Made by a program: the position numbers and the translations under genes. A stretch of DNA of 64,000 nucleotides, from contig OZ241867.1 of assembly GCA_965203175.1 (NCBI GenBank), positions 6,112,001 to 6,176,000 of the forward strand, written 5' to 3'. Below, piece by piece: positions 30,486 through 40,038 of the stretch. This DNA is from Candidatus Latescibacterota bacterium. Lineage in GTDB: Bacteria; Latescibacterota; UBA2968; UBA8231. The notes under the pieces were generated by a model. The model saw only the letters and a program-made list of their open reading frames with translations, made no database searches and was not told the DNA's origin. Every line of letters begins with the position of its first letter. Positions within the stretch are counted from its first letter, which is position 1.

Positions 30486-32825
30486 TTAGTAGATGACAGC
30501 GACTGGGCGCACAGCCACGTCCTCGCCGGCAGCAGCACCGAGATCAATGTAACAGAGGTAAAGTCCCGGAGGCACTAACACCCCTTGGGCATCGCGCCCA
30601 GACCACGTATAGGAGACGACATCCTCGCCGGCAGCGACCAACTCGGTCACCTCGCGGCCCGCCAAGTCGAGCACCCGCACCCGAGGGGTCGCCGTCTCTA
30701 CCTTGAAGACCACGAAGCGGATATGCACTTGGTCGTTGACCCCGTCGCCGTTGGGCGTAAAGGTCGCCGGAGCCAGTTCTAGATCGCCGATGAGTTGTTC
30801 GCTTCCGGTCAGGTCCGGCAGGAGCACCACGTTGGCGCGTCGCGCCGCGGCCTCCACGGACTGCCAAAGGCCCGGCCGGTCTCCATGACCAAGCTCCGCA
30901 CTGAAGACCGTAGCATTGCGCCACAGACGCGCAGTGAAATGAACCGCTAGCGAATCGCCGCCGACGCGCTGGCCCAGGTTCACGAATAAGGAGTCGCCCC
31001 GCTGCGCGACCTCCTCTAGAGCGATAGTCTCGCCAGCAAGGGTCACTTCCACCGCTCCAGTCTCCAGCCAGCCGCCGGGAGCGACGAGCCGCAGCCGGTC
31101 GAAGCCGCTGTCGTCTTCGGCAGCCGTCGGCCACAGCATATAGGTAAAGCGCGTGTCCTCGTTGGGCTGGGCCTCGCGCGGCCAAATCTCACCCTTGGCC
31201 TCGGTCACCAAGGCGTCCTCAAATTCGATCGCTAGCGAGCGCAACACAGGCGCGACTCGCGGATCCTCGGTCGAGAGCAGGGCCTCTAGCTGGATGAAGC
31301 GGCGCGGGCTATCCGACTGGAAAGCTTCGCCCGAAAGCTGATAGACATTGCTCCACGCGCCCCAATCATCGCCGACGACCAGCGCGGTATCTACCTGGCC
31401 GCGCAGCACCTTGGGCAAACTGAGCCACTTCTCTTCAGTGACTACTTCGCCGATCTTGTTGTGATACGCGTATTCCTCGCTGAGCTTCACGCCCGAACGG
31501 GAGCGAAGTTGCATCCGCGTTCCCACTGGCAAATCCGCATCCCACGACAGGTGCTTGATGGCCTTGGCACGGCCGTCGCCGACAATTTGGCCCAAGTCGA
31601 TAAAGCCCGAGCGCAGTACCACTTGCGCTGGGTAGCCGGGCGAAAACAGCATCAGTTCTGCCGCACGCGCGTGCCACTCATGCGAGGTCAGGAAGCCGTG
31701 CCAGAACAGGTAGCGCACTTTGCGCGGCTTGAACAGGTAGCGATAGTGCCGCTCAGGACCGGCGAAGGGATTTTGCTCGTTGCCGTGGCCCACCAAGCGA
31801 TCGTAGTCCACCTCGCCCGAGGTCGTGCGCCGACCGTCCGAGACTAAGAAGGCGAATCCCGTGCCTCCGTTGCGCACTGAAGAACCGGAAGCCCCCTCGC
31901 CCTGGTTGTTGAAGTAGAGGAATATCTCGTCAATCCAGAACTGGGCCCCTAGATCCAGTTCCCACCACAGCCCTTCGTTGCGCCAGCCAGAGGTAGCTCG
32001 ATAGGTAGTGAACTTGTTGGCATAGGTATTCATGTCGCCGTCGACCAAGCCCTCTACGTCGCGGACGACTAGGCCGGTTTTAAAGGACCCACCGCGCTCA
32101 AGGACGCCGAGGCTAAAATTGTCACCCACAGCACTCACCTCAACCTCGGCTAGAGCCGCGTCTGCGCTCTGCTCATCAGCGCCAATGCGAATGTATTGGA
32201 TGACCCGGAAACGCGCCGCGTCCTCAAACACCACATCTAGGCCGGGGTCTAGGACCCGCGTGATGTCGTTGCGCCCGCTCAGCCCGATGCGGATCTCGGT
32301 CTCTTCGTTGGGCAAGGTCGTCTGATAGACCGATTCAAAGCGGAAGACATCCTTGCGGGGATCAATCGTCGCTCCAGTGGCCACATAAACCGTAAACTGT
32401 CGCAAGGGACGCGCGCCCTCTTGGTCGGGAAAGCGCAAGCGCAATTCTTGGGCCAGCACCGCCCGCCCGAGATCAATCTCGACTTCCCACTTGGCCAGCG
32501 GATCGGCCGGGTCGGGCTGCCAGAAGGTGTTATAATCGCCGTCGATAATATTGGCGGCGTCACTTAGGTTGGACCCAGCCCGGAAGATGCCGCCCTGCAC
32601 GGCTTTTTGCTCCATCGTATCGTGGAAAAAGTCACCCGCATTGCGCGCTGGGTCGATGTCCTTGCGGAACTTGATCAACTCTAGGTGCCCAGACGGGCCG
32701 AGCTGCACCAGACCCTGCGGCAGTTGCCAAGTCTGCCACTTCTCGGCGCTGTCAAAGGTAAACACCTCGGCTGCGAGGGGGCGAGCTAACAGGCTGAGGC
32801 TCGCACACAAGAAAAATATCTTCAT
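30486..32825 (-). CDS. Secreted protein with discoidin-like domains and CHU_C/FlgD-type C-terminal domain
   Basis: Signal peptide MKIFFLCASLSLLARPLAA; IIDGDYNTFW...EIDLG; LVDGD...WELDLG; C-terminal FTPNGDGVND...WSGRDAQG..VPPGLY...VAVIY. Confidence 0.8.
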   Translation of the reverse strand: MKIFFLCASLSLLARPLAAEVFTFDSAEKWQTWQLPQGLVQLGPSGHLELIKFRKDIDPARNAGDFFHDTMEQKAVQGGIFRAGSNLSDAANIIDGDYNTFWQPDPADPLAKWEVEIDLGRAVLAQELRLRFPDQEGARPLRQFTVYVATGATIDPRKDVFRFESVYQTTLPNEETEIRIGLSGRNDITRVLDPGLDVVFEDAARFRVIQYIRIGADEQSADAALAEVEVSAVGDNFSLGVLERGGSFKTGLVVRDVEGLVDGDMNTYANKFTTYRATSGWRNEGLWWELDLGAQFWIDEIFLYFNNQGEGASGSSVRNGGTGFAFLVSDGRRTTSGEVDYDRLVGHGNEQNPFAGPERHYRYLFKPRKVRYLFWHGFLTSHEWHARAAELMLFSPGYPAQVVLRSGFIDLGQIVGDGRAKAIKHLSWDADLPVGTRMQLRSRSGVKLSEEYAYHNKIGEVVTEEKWLSLPKVLRGQVDTALVVGDDWGAWSNVYQLSGEAFQSDSPRRFIQLEALLSTEDPRVAPVLRSLAIEFEDALVTEAKGEIWPREAQPNEDTRFTYMLWPTAAEDDSGFDRLRLVAPGGWLETGAVEVTLAGETIALEEVAQRGDSLFVNLGQRVGGDSLAVHFTARLWRNATVFSAELGHGDRPGLWQSVEAAARRANVVLLPDLTGSEQLIGDLELAPATFTPNGDGVNDQVHIRFVVFKVETATPRVRVLDLAGREVTELVAAGEDVVSYTWSGRDAQGVLVPPGLYLCYIDLGAAAGEDVAVRPVAVIY

Positions 32826-32836
32826 GCGTTGCTTCC

Positions 32837-34816
32837 TTAATAGGCCAAGCCAACGGGCAGGAGCACGCGCCCGCGCTGGGACTCGGTCACCAGCGCCAGC
32901 TCCAATAAGTACAAGCCCGGCGGCAAGAGCGCGCCCTGTTCGTCGCGGCCATCCCAAAAGGCCTGCTGCGGACCAGTGCCCTGTGCGCCGATTTCTACGT
33001 GAGCGCGGCGGTTGCCCGCCAAGTCGTACACATCGAGTACCACCGGCACGGGCTCGGGTAGTAGGAAGAGCGCGTACTCTATAGCTAAGCGGTCGTTGAC
33101 CCCATCGCCGTTGGGCGTGATGACCCCGCTCGACAAGTGCACGCGCCGGACGATCTCCGAGGCCGTGTCTGCAGCCCCTATCACCCGCAGGCTATTGGTG
33201 GAAACGGCGACACTAGCGTCGCCCGGCTCAATCGGCTGCGGCAGGCGGTTCTCGTCCTCGGTCAACACCTCGCCAGTAAAGGTCGTCGCGCGTGTAAAGA
33301 CTTCCGCGGCAAAGACCACCCGCAGCGGATCGTTGGACTCGGCAGTCACTTTGCGCGGCAGGAGCACCTCTAAGCTCGCGTCGCCTTCGACCACGGTGAG
33401 CGGATCAACCACGGCGAGCGGATCGCCCATTTCCAAGCGCGCAAACTCAGGTGCAATGCCCGTTTGGATCCGCACCCGGTCAAAGCCCCCTTCAACGGCG
33501 CTGGCAAACGAGGCTCGCACGTCGTACACAAACATCTCCCGCGCCCCCAACTCGACTTGAACAAAACCCGGAGCGGGCTGCATGTCGGCTGCGCGCGCGA
33601 CTTCGCCCACGATCTGATCGGCCAGCGGCGGCGAGGTCTCAATCCACAGCGAGTCGAGCTCCACCCAGTCACCAAAAGCCCGGCTTTGCAGGGTGATTTG
33701 GAGTTGCAAATGCGAACCATTGCGCAAGTCGAGCCAAGTGCCAGATTCTGTAATGGGACTGGACCAAAAAGACCAATTCTCGCTGTCGTAGCCAATGGAC
33801 GCGCGGATGCCAGGCTGGCGGTCGATTTGCAAGATTCCCTCGGTTTCGGGCAGGCGTAGGTCGTTTTCGTAGCGCTCGCGCGTCACCACAAATTCCTTGC
33901 CCGAATCCGTGTATTCTCGGTAGACGTTGGGATCGCCATCGCGACCGGTCCGCACCTCCACCTCCACCCACGCCTCGGCGTCTGACACGACCACGGTCTC
34001 TTCGCCGACCATCCGCATGGTGCGCGCTGCCCACGCCAAGCGGCCAAAGTTCACTTCGTCCCCCAAGTCGAGGATTTTGCTGCGGTAGATCGCCCGCTTG
34101 GGCACGCCGCGGCCGGTGAGCACAAATTCGGCAATGGTGCCGCGCACTGTGTTGCTGTCGGTGGTGCGCTGCTCGTCGAGCGCGGACGCTTTGCGCTGGT
34201 AGCGCACAAAGCGCACGTATTGCTGGGGAAAATCGATCCCGACCTCTGGGTCGAAGTTGACCGGCACATCGGCGATGAGGGTGTTCAAGCGGCGATAGCC
34301 CTTTTGCGCGAGGACATCGCTCGTCTCAGCGGCAATGCTCACCTCAAAGGCCGGCACCGGATCTTGGTTGAGCGGCACGCCGTCGGAGCGGATCCCCTCG
34401 GTCGGCGTGGCAAATCCAAAGCGCATGGCCGGCACGGGCACGCCGATGTCGATGGTCCACCAGCCGTCGCGGGCGGTGTTGTACGTGCTCCGCAGCCCAT
34501 CTACATAGAGCGGGCTGTCGAAGTACGAAGTCCGGTTGACATTGGTACCGTCCATGTACCACAGCCGCGGCTGATGTCCGTCGATATATCCCAACTCGCG
34601 CGGGACGATCAGCTCGGACCAACCCGCTACCGCCAAGAACATGTTGTCGCCGTCGGCAAAATACACAGGGCGGATGCGCTCGGCGTTGATATCCATGATG
34701 ATCCGCGTGGTGTCGCTTCCGTCCCACGCCAGCCCGGCCCCGCCGATTTGCCACAGCGATATTTGCGCTTCCGCCGAGGAGCACAGCGCAATCGCGATCA
34801 GTGCAATTCTATACAT
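32837..34816 (-). CDS. Secreted paralogue with CHU_C/FlgD-type C-terminal domain
   Basis: Signal peptide ending AEA|Q; YRSKILDLG...WSFWS module; ITPNGDGVND...WDGRDEQG..LPPGLY...VGLAY. Confidence 0.8.
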   Translation of the reverse strand: MYRIALIAIALCSSAEAQISLWQIGGAGLAWDGSDTTRIIMDINAERIRPVYFADGDNMFLAVAGWSELIVPRELGYIDGHQPRLWYMDGTNVNRTSYFDSPLYVDGLRSTYNTARDGWWTIDIGVPVPAMRFGFATPTEGIRSDGVPLNQDPVPAFEVSIAAETSDVLAQKGYRRLNTLIADVPVNFDPEVGIDFPQQYVRFVRYQRKASALDEQRTTDSNTVRGTIAEFVLTGRGVPKRAIYRSKILDLGDEVNFGRLAWAARTMRMVGEETVVVSDAEAWVEVEVRTGRDGDPNVYREYTDSGKEFVVTRERYENDLRLPETEGILQIDRQPGIRASIGYDSENWSFWSSPITESGTWLDLRNGSHLQLQITLQSRAFGDWVELDSLWIETSPPLADQIVGEVARAADMQPAPGFVQVELGAREMFVYDVRASFASAVEGGFDRVRIQTGIAPEFARLEMGDPLAVVDPLTVVEGDASLEVLLPRKVTAESNDPLRVVFAAEVFTRATTFTGEVLTEDENRLPQPIEPGDASVAVSTNSLRVIGAADTASEIVRRVHLSSGVITPNGDGVNDRLAIEYALFLLPEPVPVVLDVYDLAGNRRAHVEIGAQGTGPQQAFWDGRDEQGALLPPGLYLLELALVTESQRGRVLLPVGLAY

Positions 34817-34957
34817 CGGTGCGCGTGCCATCACGCCCTCCAGGTTGAACGGCACTCAATATTATAATGCAATGCGCAACGGCAAGCTATTGACGCGAGC
34901 GCGTCCTGCTCCCTTTATATGCCAACCTATCCAACCCCAAACAAGGAGCTTTTCCAC

Positions 34958-35683
34958 ATGGGCAAATCAGGGTACGACGATACCCCCATCCTACCCAACT
35001 CTCCCTATTGCGTCCACGATCACCGGCGGCCCGCCCCGGCAGTGGTAACGCCCGGCAGCGACAACAGCCCCCCCTCCGACGCGCTCGTCCTCTTCGACGG
35101 GACCAGCCTCGACGGCTGGCAGAGCACCAACGGCGGCGACGCCCCTTGGCAAGTGGCCGACGGCTACATGGAGGTCGCGCCCCGTACCGGCGACATCGTG
35201 AGCACGGCGCGCTTTGGCGACGTCCAGTACCATCTCGAATTCGCCTGTCCCAGCGAGGTCAAAGGCGAAAGCCAAGGGCGCGGCAACAGCGGCGTTTTCC
35301 TCATGAGCCTCTACGAGATCCAAGTCCTCGACGGGTACGACAACCCCACGTATGCCGACGGCACCACGGCCGCGCTCTATGGCGAGTACCCGCCGCTGGT
35401 CAACGCCTGTCGTCCGCCCGGCGAATGGCAGACCTACGACATCTTCTGGACAGCCCCGCGCTTCAACGATGCCGAACTGGTCAGCCCGGCCTATCTGACC
35501 CTGGTGCACAACGGCGTCTTGGTCCACCACCACGTCGAGGTCTTAGGCCCCACCGGCCATCGCGGCGTCTATCGCTATGAAGCGCATCCCCCCACCGGGC
35601 CGCTCCGCCTGCAAGACCACGGCGACCTAGTGCGCTATCGCAATATCTGGGCGCGGCCAGTAAAGGGATACGACGAAGGCTGA
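34958..35683 (+). CDS. DUF1080 (3-keto-disaccharide hydrolase-like) protein
   Basis: PPSDALVLFDG, GRGNSGVF, YEIQVLD, GEWQTYDI, LQDHGDLVRYRNIW. Confidence 0.92.
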   Translation: MGKSGYDDTPILPNSPYCVHDHRRPAPAVVTPGSDNSPPSDALVLFDGTSLDGWQSTNGGDAPWQVADGYMEVAPRTGDIVSTARFGDVQYHLEFACPSEVKGESQGRGNSGVFLMSLYEIQVLDGYDNPTYADGTTAALYGEYPPLVNACRPPGEWQTYDIFWTAPRFNDAELVSPAYLTLVHNGVLVHHHVEVLGPTGHRGVYRYEAHPPTGPLRLQDHGDLVRYRNIWARPVKGYDEG

Positions 35684-35689
35684 GAGAGT

Positions 35690-37675
35690 TTATACCCAGT
35701 AAATGGAATTGCCGGTCATGCCCGTAAAGTAGTCGATAACCAGCCACATCCCTGCCACGGAAAATTGGCCGAGAATCAATCCCAAAAAGAAAGGACAAGC
35801 CAGCCGAAAATAGGTCGGGCCTCCGTACTTGAGAATGATGGCTTTAATTAGCCAAGCCAAAAAGACACTAAAAGAAATGTAGTTAGTCAGGTAGGTACTC
35901 GCGCTGACGGCATACCCGAGCGGGTGCAGGGGCCACCAGAACAGGTGGTGACGCGCAATCATCAGCAGAGCCATGACCCCACCACCGGCTAGGGTCGATA
36001 TCCAGCCTACCAGATCGGGGCCGTCTAGCGTGTGGAGTTCGCGCGCCACAAATTTGAAGGGCACTTGAGGGCCGCTGATGAAAAACCAAGGCTCTAGATT
36101 AACGCCGCCGTAGGTATAGCTCAGATAGAGTACGACCCAGATCGAAGCCCCCAGACTAATACAGATAGCCAGCATAATGGCGGCAAAAAGTGCCCGTTTG
36201 CTCCCGCGCAAATACTCCTCGGCCAATTTGAGGCCATTGGCACAGGACGCCAAGACAAAGGTGCGGATGTCAGCGGCCCAAACATACGTGAAACTCAGTG
36301 CCGTAAGGGTCTGGCCTCCGAGCACTGCAGAGCCCAGACCCGAGGTGACAAAATCCGAGGCGATTAGCGGTGCCCGAGTGGCGGCAATACCGCCTTCGGC
36401 CACGACCCGGGTAATGCCGACAAACAGCGTGAACATGGCAAATAAATAGATGGGCACCACCCACCACGCCAGACCCGCTAGTCCCAACCAGATCCCAATA
36501 AAAAGGCTCGTGGCTATAAGGCCGAAAACAGCGGTCCGGTAGGAGAGTATCTCGTCCGAATCATCGACATCTGGGAGTCCCCTAAACGCCTTGCGGCAAA
36601 CCCGCACCAGATGCCGACGGGCCATCCACAGACTGAAAAATACCAGCACGATCATGGCACCCATGCCCTGGTGGGCGAAGATGGGGAAGGTGGCGAAATT
36701 GAGCTTTTCTGTGCTCGCCACACCCAGAACGCCAAGGGTGCCTTCCTGGACGCGGCCGACTAGGTTAAAAAACCAGACGCTAAAAGCGATATCGAGATTG
36801 ACCAGAAAGGCAAAACCCACCATGGGGAAGCTCAGGGCAATCTGCAGGTTGGTGGTATTGCGGAAAAGCGGGATGCTGGTGACCAGAACGATATCGGGAA
36901 CAAAGTCGTAGTAATTGTGCAGGGCGCGGATGGAGCCGATGACAAAGGGAATGGCAAAGCCCGCCCACATAATCGGATTCTTAAAAAAGGGACTGAGTCT
37001 GTCCGCTGGCTTGCCCTCGGCAATCATGGCGATGGGCACCTGAATGAGCGGAAAGTTCAGGCGTTCGTCCTGGATCCAAGGGCGTCGCAAGATGACTGCA
37101 ATGCAAATCATGGCCACGTACACGCACAGAATGAGAGGCATCCAAGCCAATAGGGGCACCAACCAAGCGGACCACGGTATGGGCATCCCCTGGGGCAGAC
37201 CTTCGTAGAAATACCGGGCCGCATCGTAGTCTTGCGGTACGAGCCAAGAACGAACAAAAGGATGAATCAGCGCCGCCCACTCGTTTTCCGGCGTGGCGTA
37301 GTAGAGCACGCCGCTAGTGATGGGCAGGAGGTATTCGGTGAGCCCCATACTGGGGATGGCGCAGCCCACGATGGCCATGATATAGACGACCACCAGTTCC
37401 TGACGCCGCAGGCCCAAGCGGGGATGCAGGGCCTTGAGCCCGGTTTGAATAAAAAACACAAAGAGAAAAAACAAAAAAATAGCGCCAGCCGTACTGAAAT
37501 CGAGGGCAAAGTTCGAGCCGCGCAAGATCATGTTGCTGTAGGGCGCTATAGTGCTGATGCCCAAGGTCATCAAAGACCCAACCAGCAGGGAGCGCCCCGT
37601 AACACCCGCTGCGGAAGCCGCGCCCTGATTTTCTTTTTTATACCTTGCATCCGATAACTCTGATACTTGCGCCAA
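35690..37675 (-). CDS. DUF6785-like polytopic membrane protein (putative transporter)
   Basis: Many TM helices; YYATPENEW, IPWSAW, ERLNFPL, WWPLHPLGY, IKAIILKYGG, PFFLGLILG. Confidence 0.8.
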   Translation of the reverse strand: MAQVSELSDARYKKENQGAASAAGVTGRSLLVGSLMTLGISTIAPYSNMILRGSNFALDFSTAGAIFLFFLFVFFIQTGLKALHPRLGLRRQELVVVYIMAIVGCAIPSMGLTEYLLPITSGVLYYATPENEWAALIHPFVRSWLVPQDYDAARYFYEGLPQGMPIPWSAWLVPLLAWMPLILCVYVAMICIAVILRRPWIQDERLNFPLIQVPIAMIAEGKPADRLSPFFKNPIMWAGFAIPFVIGSIRALHNYYDFVPDIVLVTSIPLFRNTTNLQIALSFPMVGFAFLVNLDIAFSVWFFNLVGRVQEGTLGVLGVASTEKLNFATFPIFAHQGMGAMIVLVFFSLWMARRHLVRVCRKAFRGLPDVDDSDEILSYRTAVFGLIATSLFIGIWLGLAGLAWWVVPIYLFAMFTLFVGITRVVAEGGIAATRAPLIASDFVTSGLGSAVLGGQTLTALSFTYVWAADIRTFVLASCANGLKLAEEYLRGSKRALFAAIMLAICISLGASIWVVLYLSYTYGGVNLEPWFFISGPQVPFKFVARELHTLDGPDLVGWISTLAGGGVMALLMIARHHLFWWPLHPLGYAVSASTYLTNYISFSVFLAWLIKAIILKYGGPTYFRLACPFFLGLILGQFSVAGMWLVIDYFTGMTGNSIYWV

Positions 37676-37786
37676 GGATGGAGCGGAGGCGCAATCTATC
37701 GAAAAACCTCTTGTGCTGTCAGGCCGTATATACTATAGATGCTTCTCTGCATTTGCCAGTAAGCTCCATTGACGAAAGGAAGTGCA

Positions 37787-39871
37787 ATGACAGTCTCTGC
37801 TGCCCTCAAAGAGCAACGCGTTACTACTTTTACTAAAGTCGAGGAGATCTACGCCAGCGCCGCCAATACGACGGATCTGTGGATGGGCCGACAGGACGAA
37901 GGCATCCGCCTGTTTCGCGGCCAAGTGGTCGAGAACGACGCGCCCGGCTCGGGCCGTTCAGACCAGGAAGGCATCGAGCCTTTTGTCGAGCTGAGCGGCC
38001 AGACGGTGTTCCGCAAAATCCTGCATTTGGATAATCCGGCTGTACTTGGAACCCAGTTGGCATTTATCGCCAAGGAATGCCAAGACAATCAATCCACCCT
38101 CCAGTTCACAATAAACGGACACCCGGTCCTGCGTCCCTCCTCGCGCCAAGCCGCCCCCCGTGCCAACCAGTATTGGGAGTTGATAGTCGGGGAATGGAGT
38201 TGGAGCCGCTGGTACTACGTGGATATCCCGCCAGAGACACTACAGCTAGGCGACAATGTGATTGAAGTGGCCGCCGTGGACGGCTTAGCTGGCTGGCAGC
38301 TAATGGTGGCGGACTATCGCGATTTTTACAAGGGCATGGACGATCCAGTAACGCTCCCCTACGCCAGCCGCTATAGTACCGACGGCGGCCAAACCTGGGA
38401 AGCAGAACGCGGGGAATACGTACTGCGCCTGGTCCTCGACCGCTTTCGCCGCAACGGCGAGTTGGTCTCTAAAGTAATCGACGCGGCTGGCGAGTCGGAC
38501 GACGCGGTTAAAAGCGAGCGCAACCTGCAGCGCATAACCCTAGACTGGGAAGCGGATATCCCCGAGGGCACTCGGCTCGATTGGGCTTTGCGAACCGGCT
38601 CTCGTCCTGTCTGGGATGCAGACCACTGGAGCGACTGGCAGGCCTATGACGGACAACCAGCAACAGTCAGAGGCCGTTACATCCAGTGGAAAGTCGATTT
38701 TTCAACTGCGGACGGGTTGCAATCCCCTGTGCTCAAAAGCGTCCAGATCAACGCCGACTTCCAACAAGGGGAACAGTTTACAGGCCGCTTAGTCAGCGCT
38801 AAGAACGCCCAGATCCTACGGCCGTCCATCCCCATGCCGTATGAGGACTATCGCGCCCAGATACTGCGGGATTTGCGCCAACAATGCGAACTGGACGCGG
38901 TAGTGGCCGGAGCACAGACCGAATTCGCTAAAATCGCGCGGCTGCACCGCTGGGCGTATCACATCCCCCTGAGCGACTGCAGCCATTTCCCGTGGGATCC
39001 GCTCGCCTGGGTTTGCCTTGAACGGGACGAGAACGGTGCCATTCGGATGAACCAGTACGAACAGCGGCGGCGCGACCACATGTGCCTTTATCCCAATGTG
39101 GTCTTAGTAGCTGCCTGTTTGAGTATGGGCATCCCCGCTCGCCACCTCAATTTCCACAGCGAGGGGATGACCGGCCACGAAATCGCCGAGGTCTGGTCCA
39201 ATGACTACGGCAAGTGGATGCACCTAGACGCCACCCGCGATTACTACTGGTACGATCCCAAAACCCTAGTGCCGCTGGACACCCAAGAAATCCACCAAGT
39301 GCTGGCCGAGCGGCTAGAGCGTCCCGAACGTTGGGATCGCCCTTACCTTTTTCACCAAGACTTGGAGGCCGTGGTAAAAGACCTGCCCATCGCCTTCTAC
39401 GATGGGGACTACGAGCATTCCACCGAGGAGGGTTCACTCTTTTTGTTCCGCTCGTTTTGCCACTTCCGCATCGTGCCGCGCTTTGACGTGTTCAGCCGGC
39501 CCCGCCCCCTGCCGGTGAGCCAAGGTACCGAAGTGTGGTCGTGGAACGGCTACCTCAACTGGGCCGACGACCAAGTCCCGCCGCTACCCCACTTTACCCG
39601 GCACGCGAATCGACGGGCGGATTTCTACCCGACGCTCAATCAAACGCAGTATGTCGCCGAGGCCGTTGGCGAACGCCAGCTACGCATTCATCTAGAGACG
39701 GAAACTCCTAGTTTTCTGACCTTCCAAGTACAGATCGATGGACAGTCATGGCAGGAGTGTCCGGCCCAGATCGACTGGTCATTGCACGAAGGACTGAACG
39801 TGCTGGAGATGCGCGCCTTGAACAACATGGGAATACCGGGCGTGGTCAGCGCGTTGAACGTCGAGGTATGA
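37787..39871 (+). CDS. Transglutaminase-like (Cys-His-Asp) domain protein with N-terminal beta-sandwich modules
   Basis: HMCLYPNVVLVAACLSMGIPAR, GHEIAEVWSNDYGKWMHLD; RBS AAAGGA before ATG 37787. Confidence 0.82.
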   Translation: MTVSAALKEQRVTTFTKVEEIYASAANTTDLWMGRQDEGIRLFRGQVVENDAPGSGRSDQEGIEPFVELSGQTVFRKILHLDNPAVLGTQLAFIAKECQDNQSTLQFTINGHPVLRPSSRQAAPRANQYWELIVGEWSWSRWYYVDIPPETLQLGDNVIEVAAVDGLAGWQLMVADYRDFYKGMDDPVTLPYASRYSTDGGQTWEAERGEYVLRLVLDRFRRNGELVSKVIDAAGESDDAVKSERNLQRITLDWEADIPEGTRLDWALRTGSRPVWDADHWSDWQAYDGQPATVRGRYIQWKVDFSTADGLQSPVLKSVQINADFQQGEQFTGRLVSAKNAQILRPSIPMPYEDYRAQILRDLRQQCELDAVVAGAQTEFAKIARLHRWAYHIPLSDCSHFPWDPLAWVCLERDENGAIRMNQYEQRRRDHMCLYPNVVLVAACLSMGIPARHLNFHSEGMTGHEIAEVWSNDYGKWMHLDATRDYYWYDPKTLVPLDTQEIHQVLAERLERPERWDRPYLFHQDLEAVVKDLPIAFYDGDYEHSTEEGSLFLFRSFCHFRIVPRFDVFSRPRPLPVSQGTEVWSWNGYLNWADDQVPPLPHFTRHANRRADFYPTLNQTQYVAEAVGERQLRIHLETETPSFLTFQVQIDGQSWQECPAQIDWSLHEGLNVLEMRALNNMGIPGVVSALNVEV

Positions 39872-39892
39872 ACAAATAACCGCAAAAAATTA

Positions 39893-39921
39893 TTGATAAA
39901 TAAAAAAAATCAACTTATCAT
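39893..39921 (+). promoter_or_regulatory. sigma70-like promoter
   Basis: TTGATA (39893-98), 17 nt, TATCAT (39916-21), with an A-rich upstream tract. Confidence 0.7.
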
Positions 39922-40038
39922 AGGCAGCCCAACCGGAACCAATCCAGTTTTAGGAAAGGAGGCTTAAGGCATTGAATTTCGCTTTCTAACTATCTTTCTA
40001 ATGAACAATCGCGTTTTAAACTAAACGAAGGAGAAGCA

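Noticed and set aside
39893-39913. FNR box (TTGAT...ATCAA)
   Set aside because: Spacer is 11 nt rather than 4; better explained as the -35 element and spacer of a promoter.
39922-40038. Known riboswitch in the leader
   Set aside because: Only a weak hairpin; no recognisable aptamer consensus.
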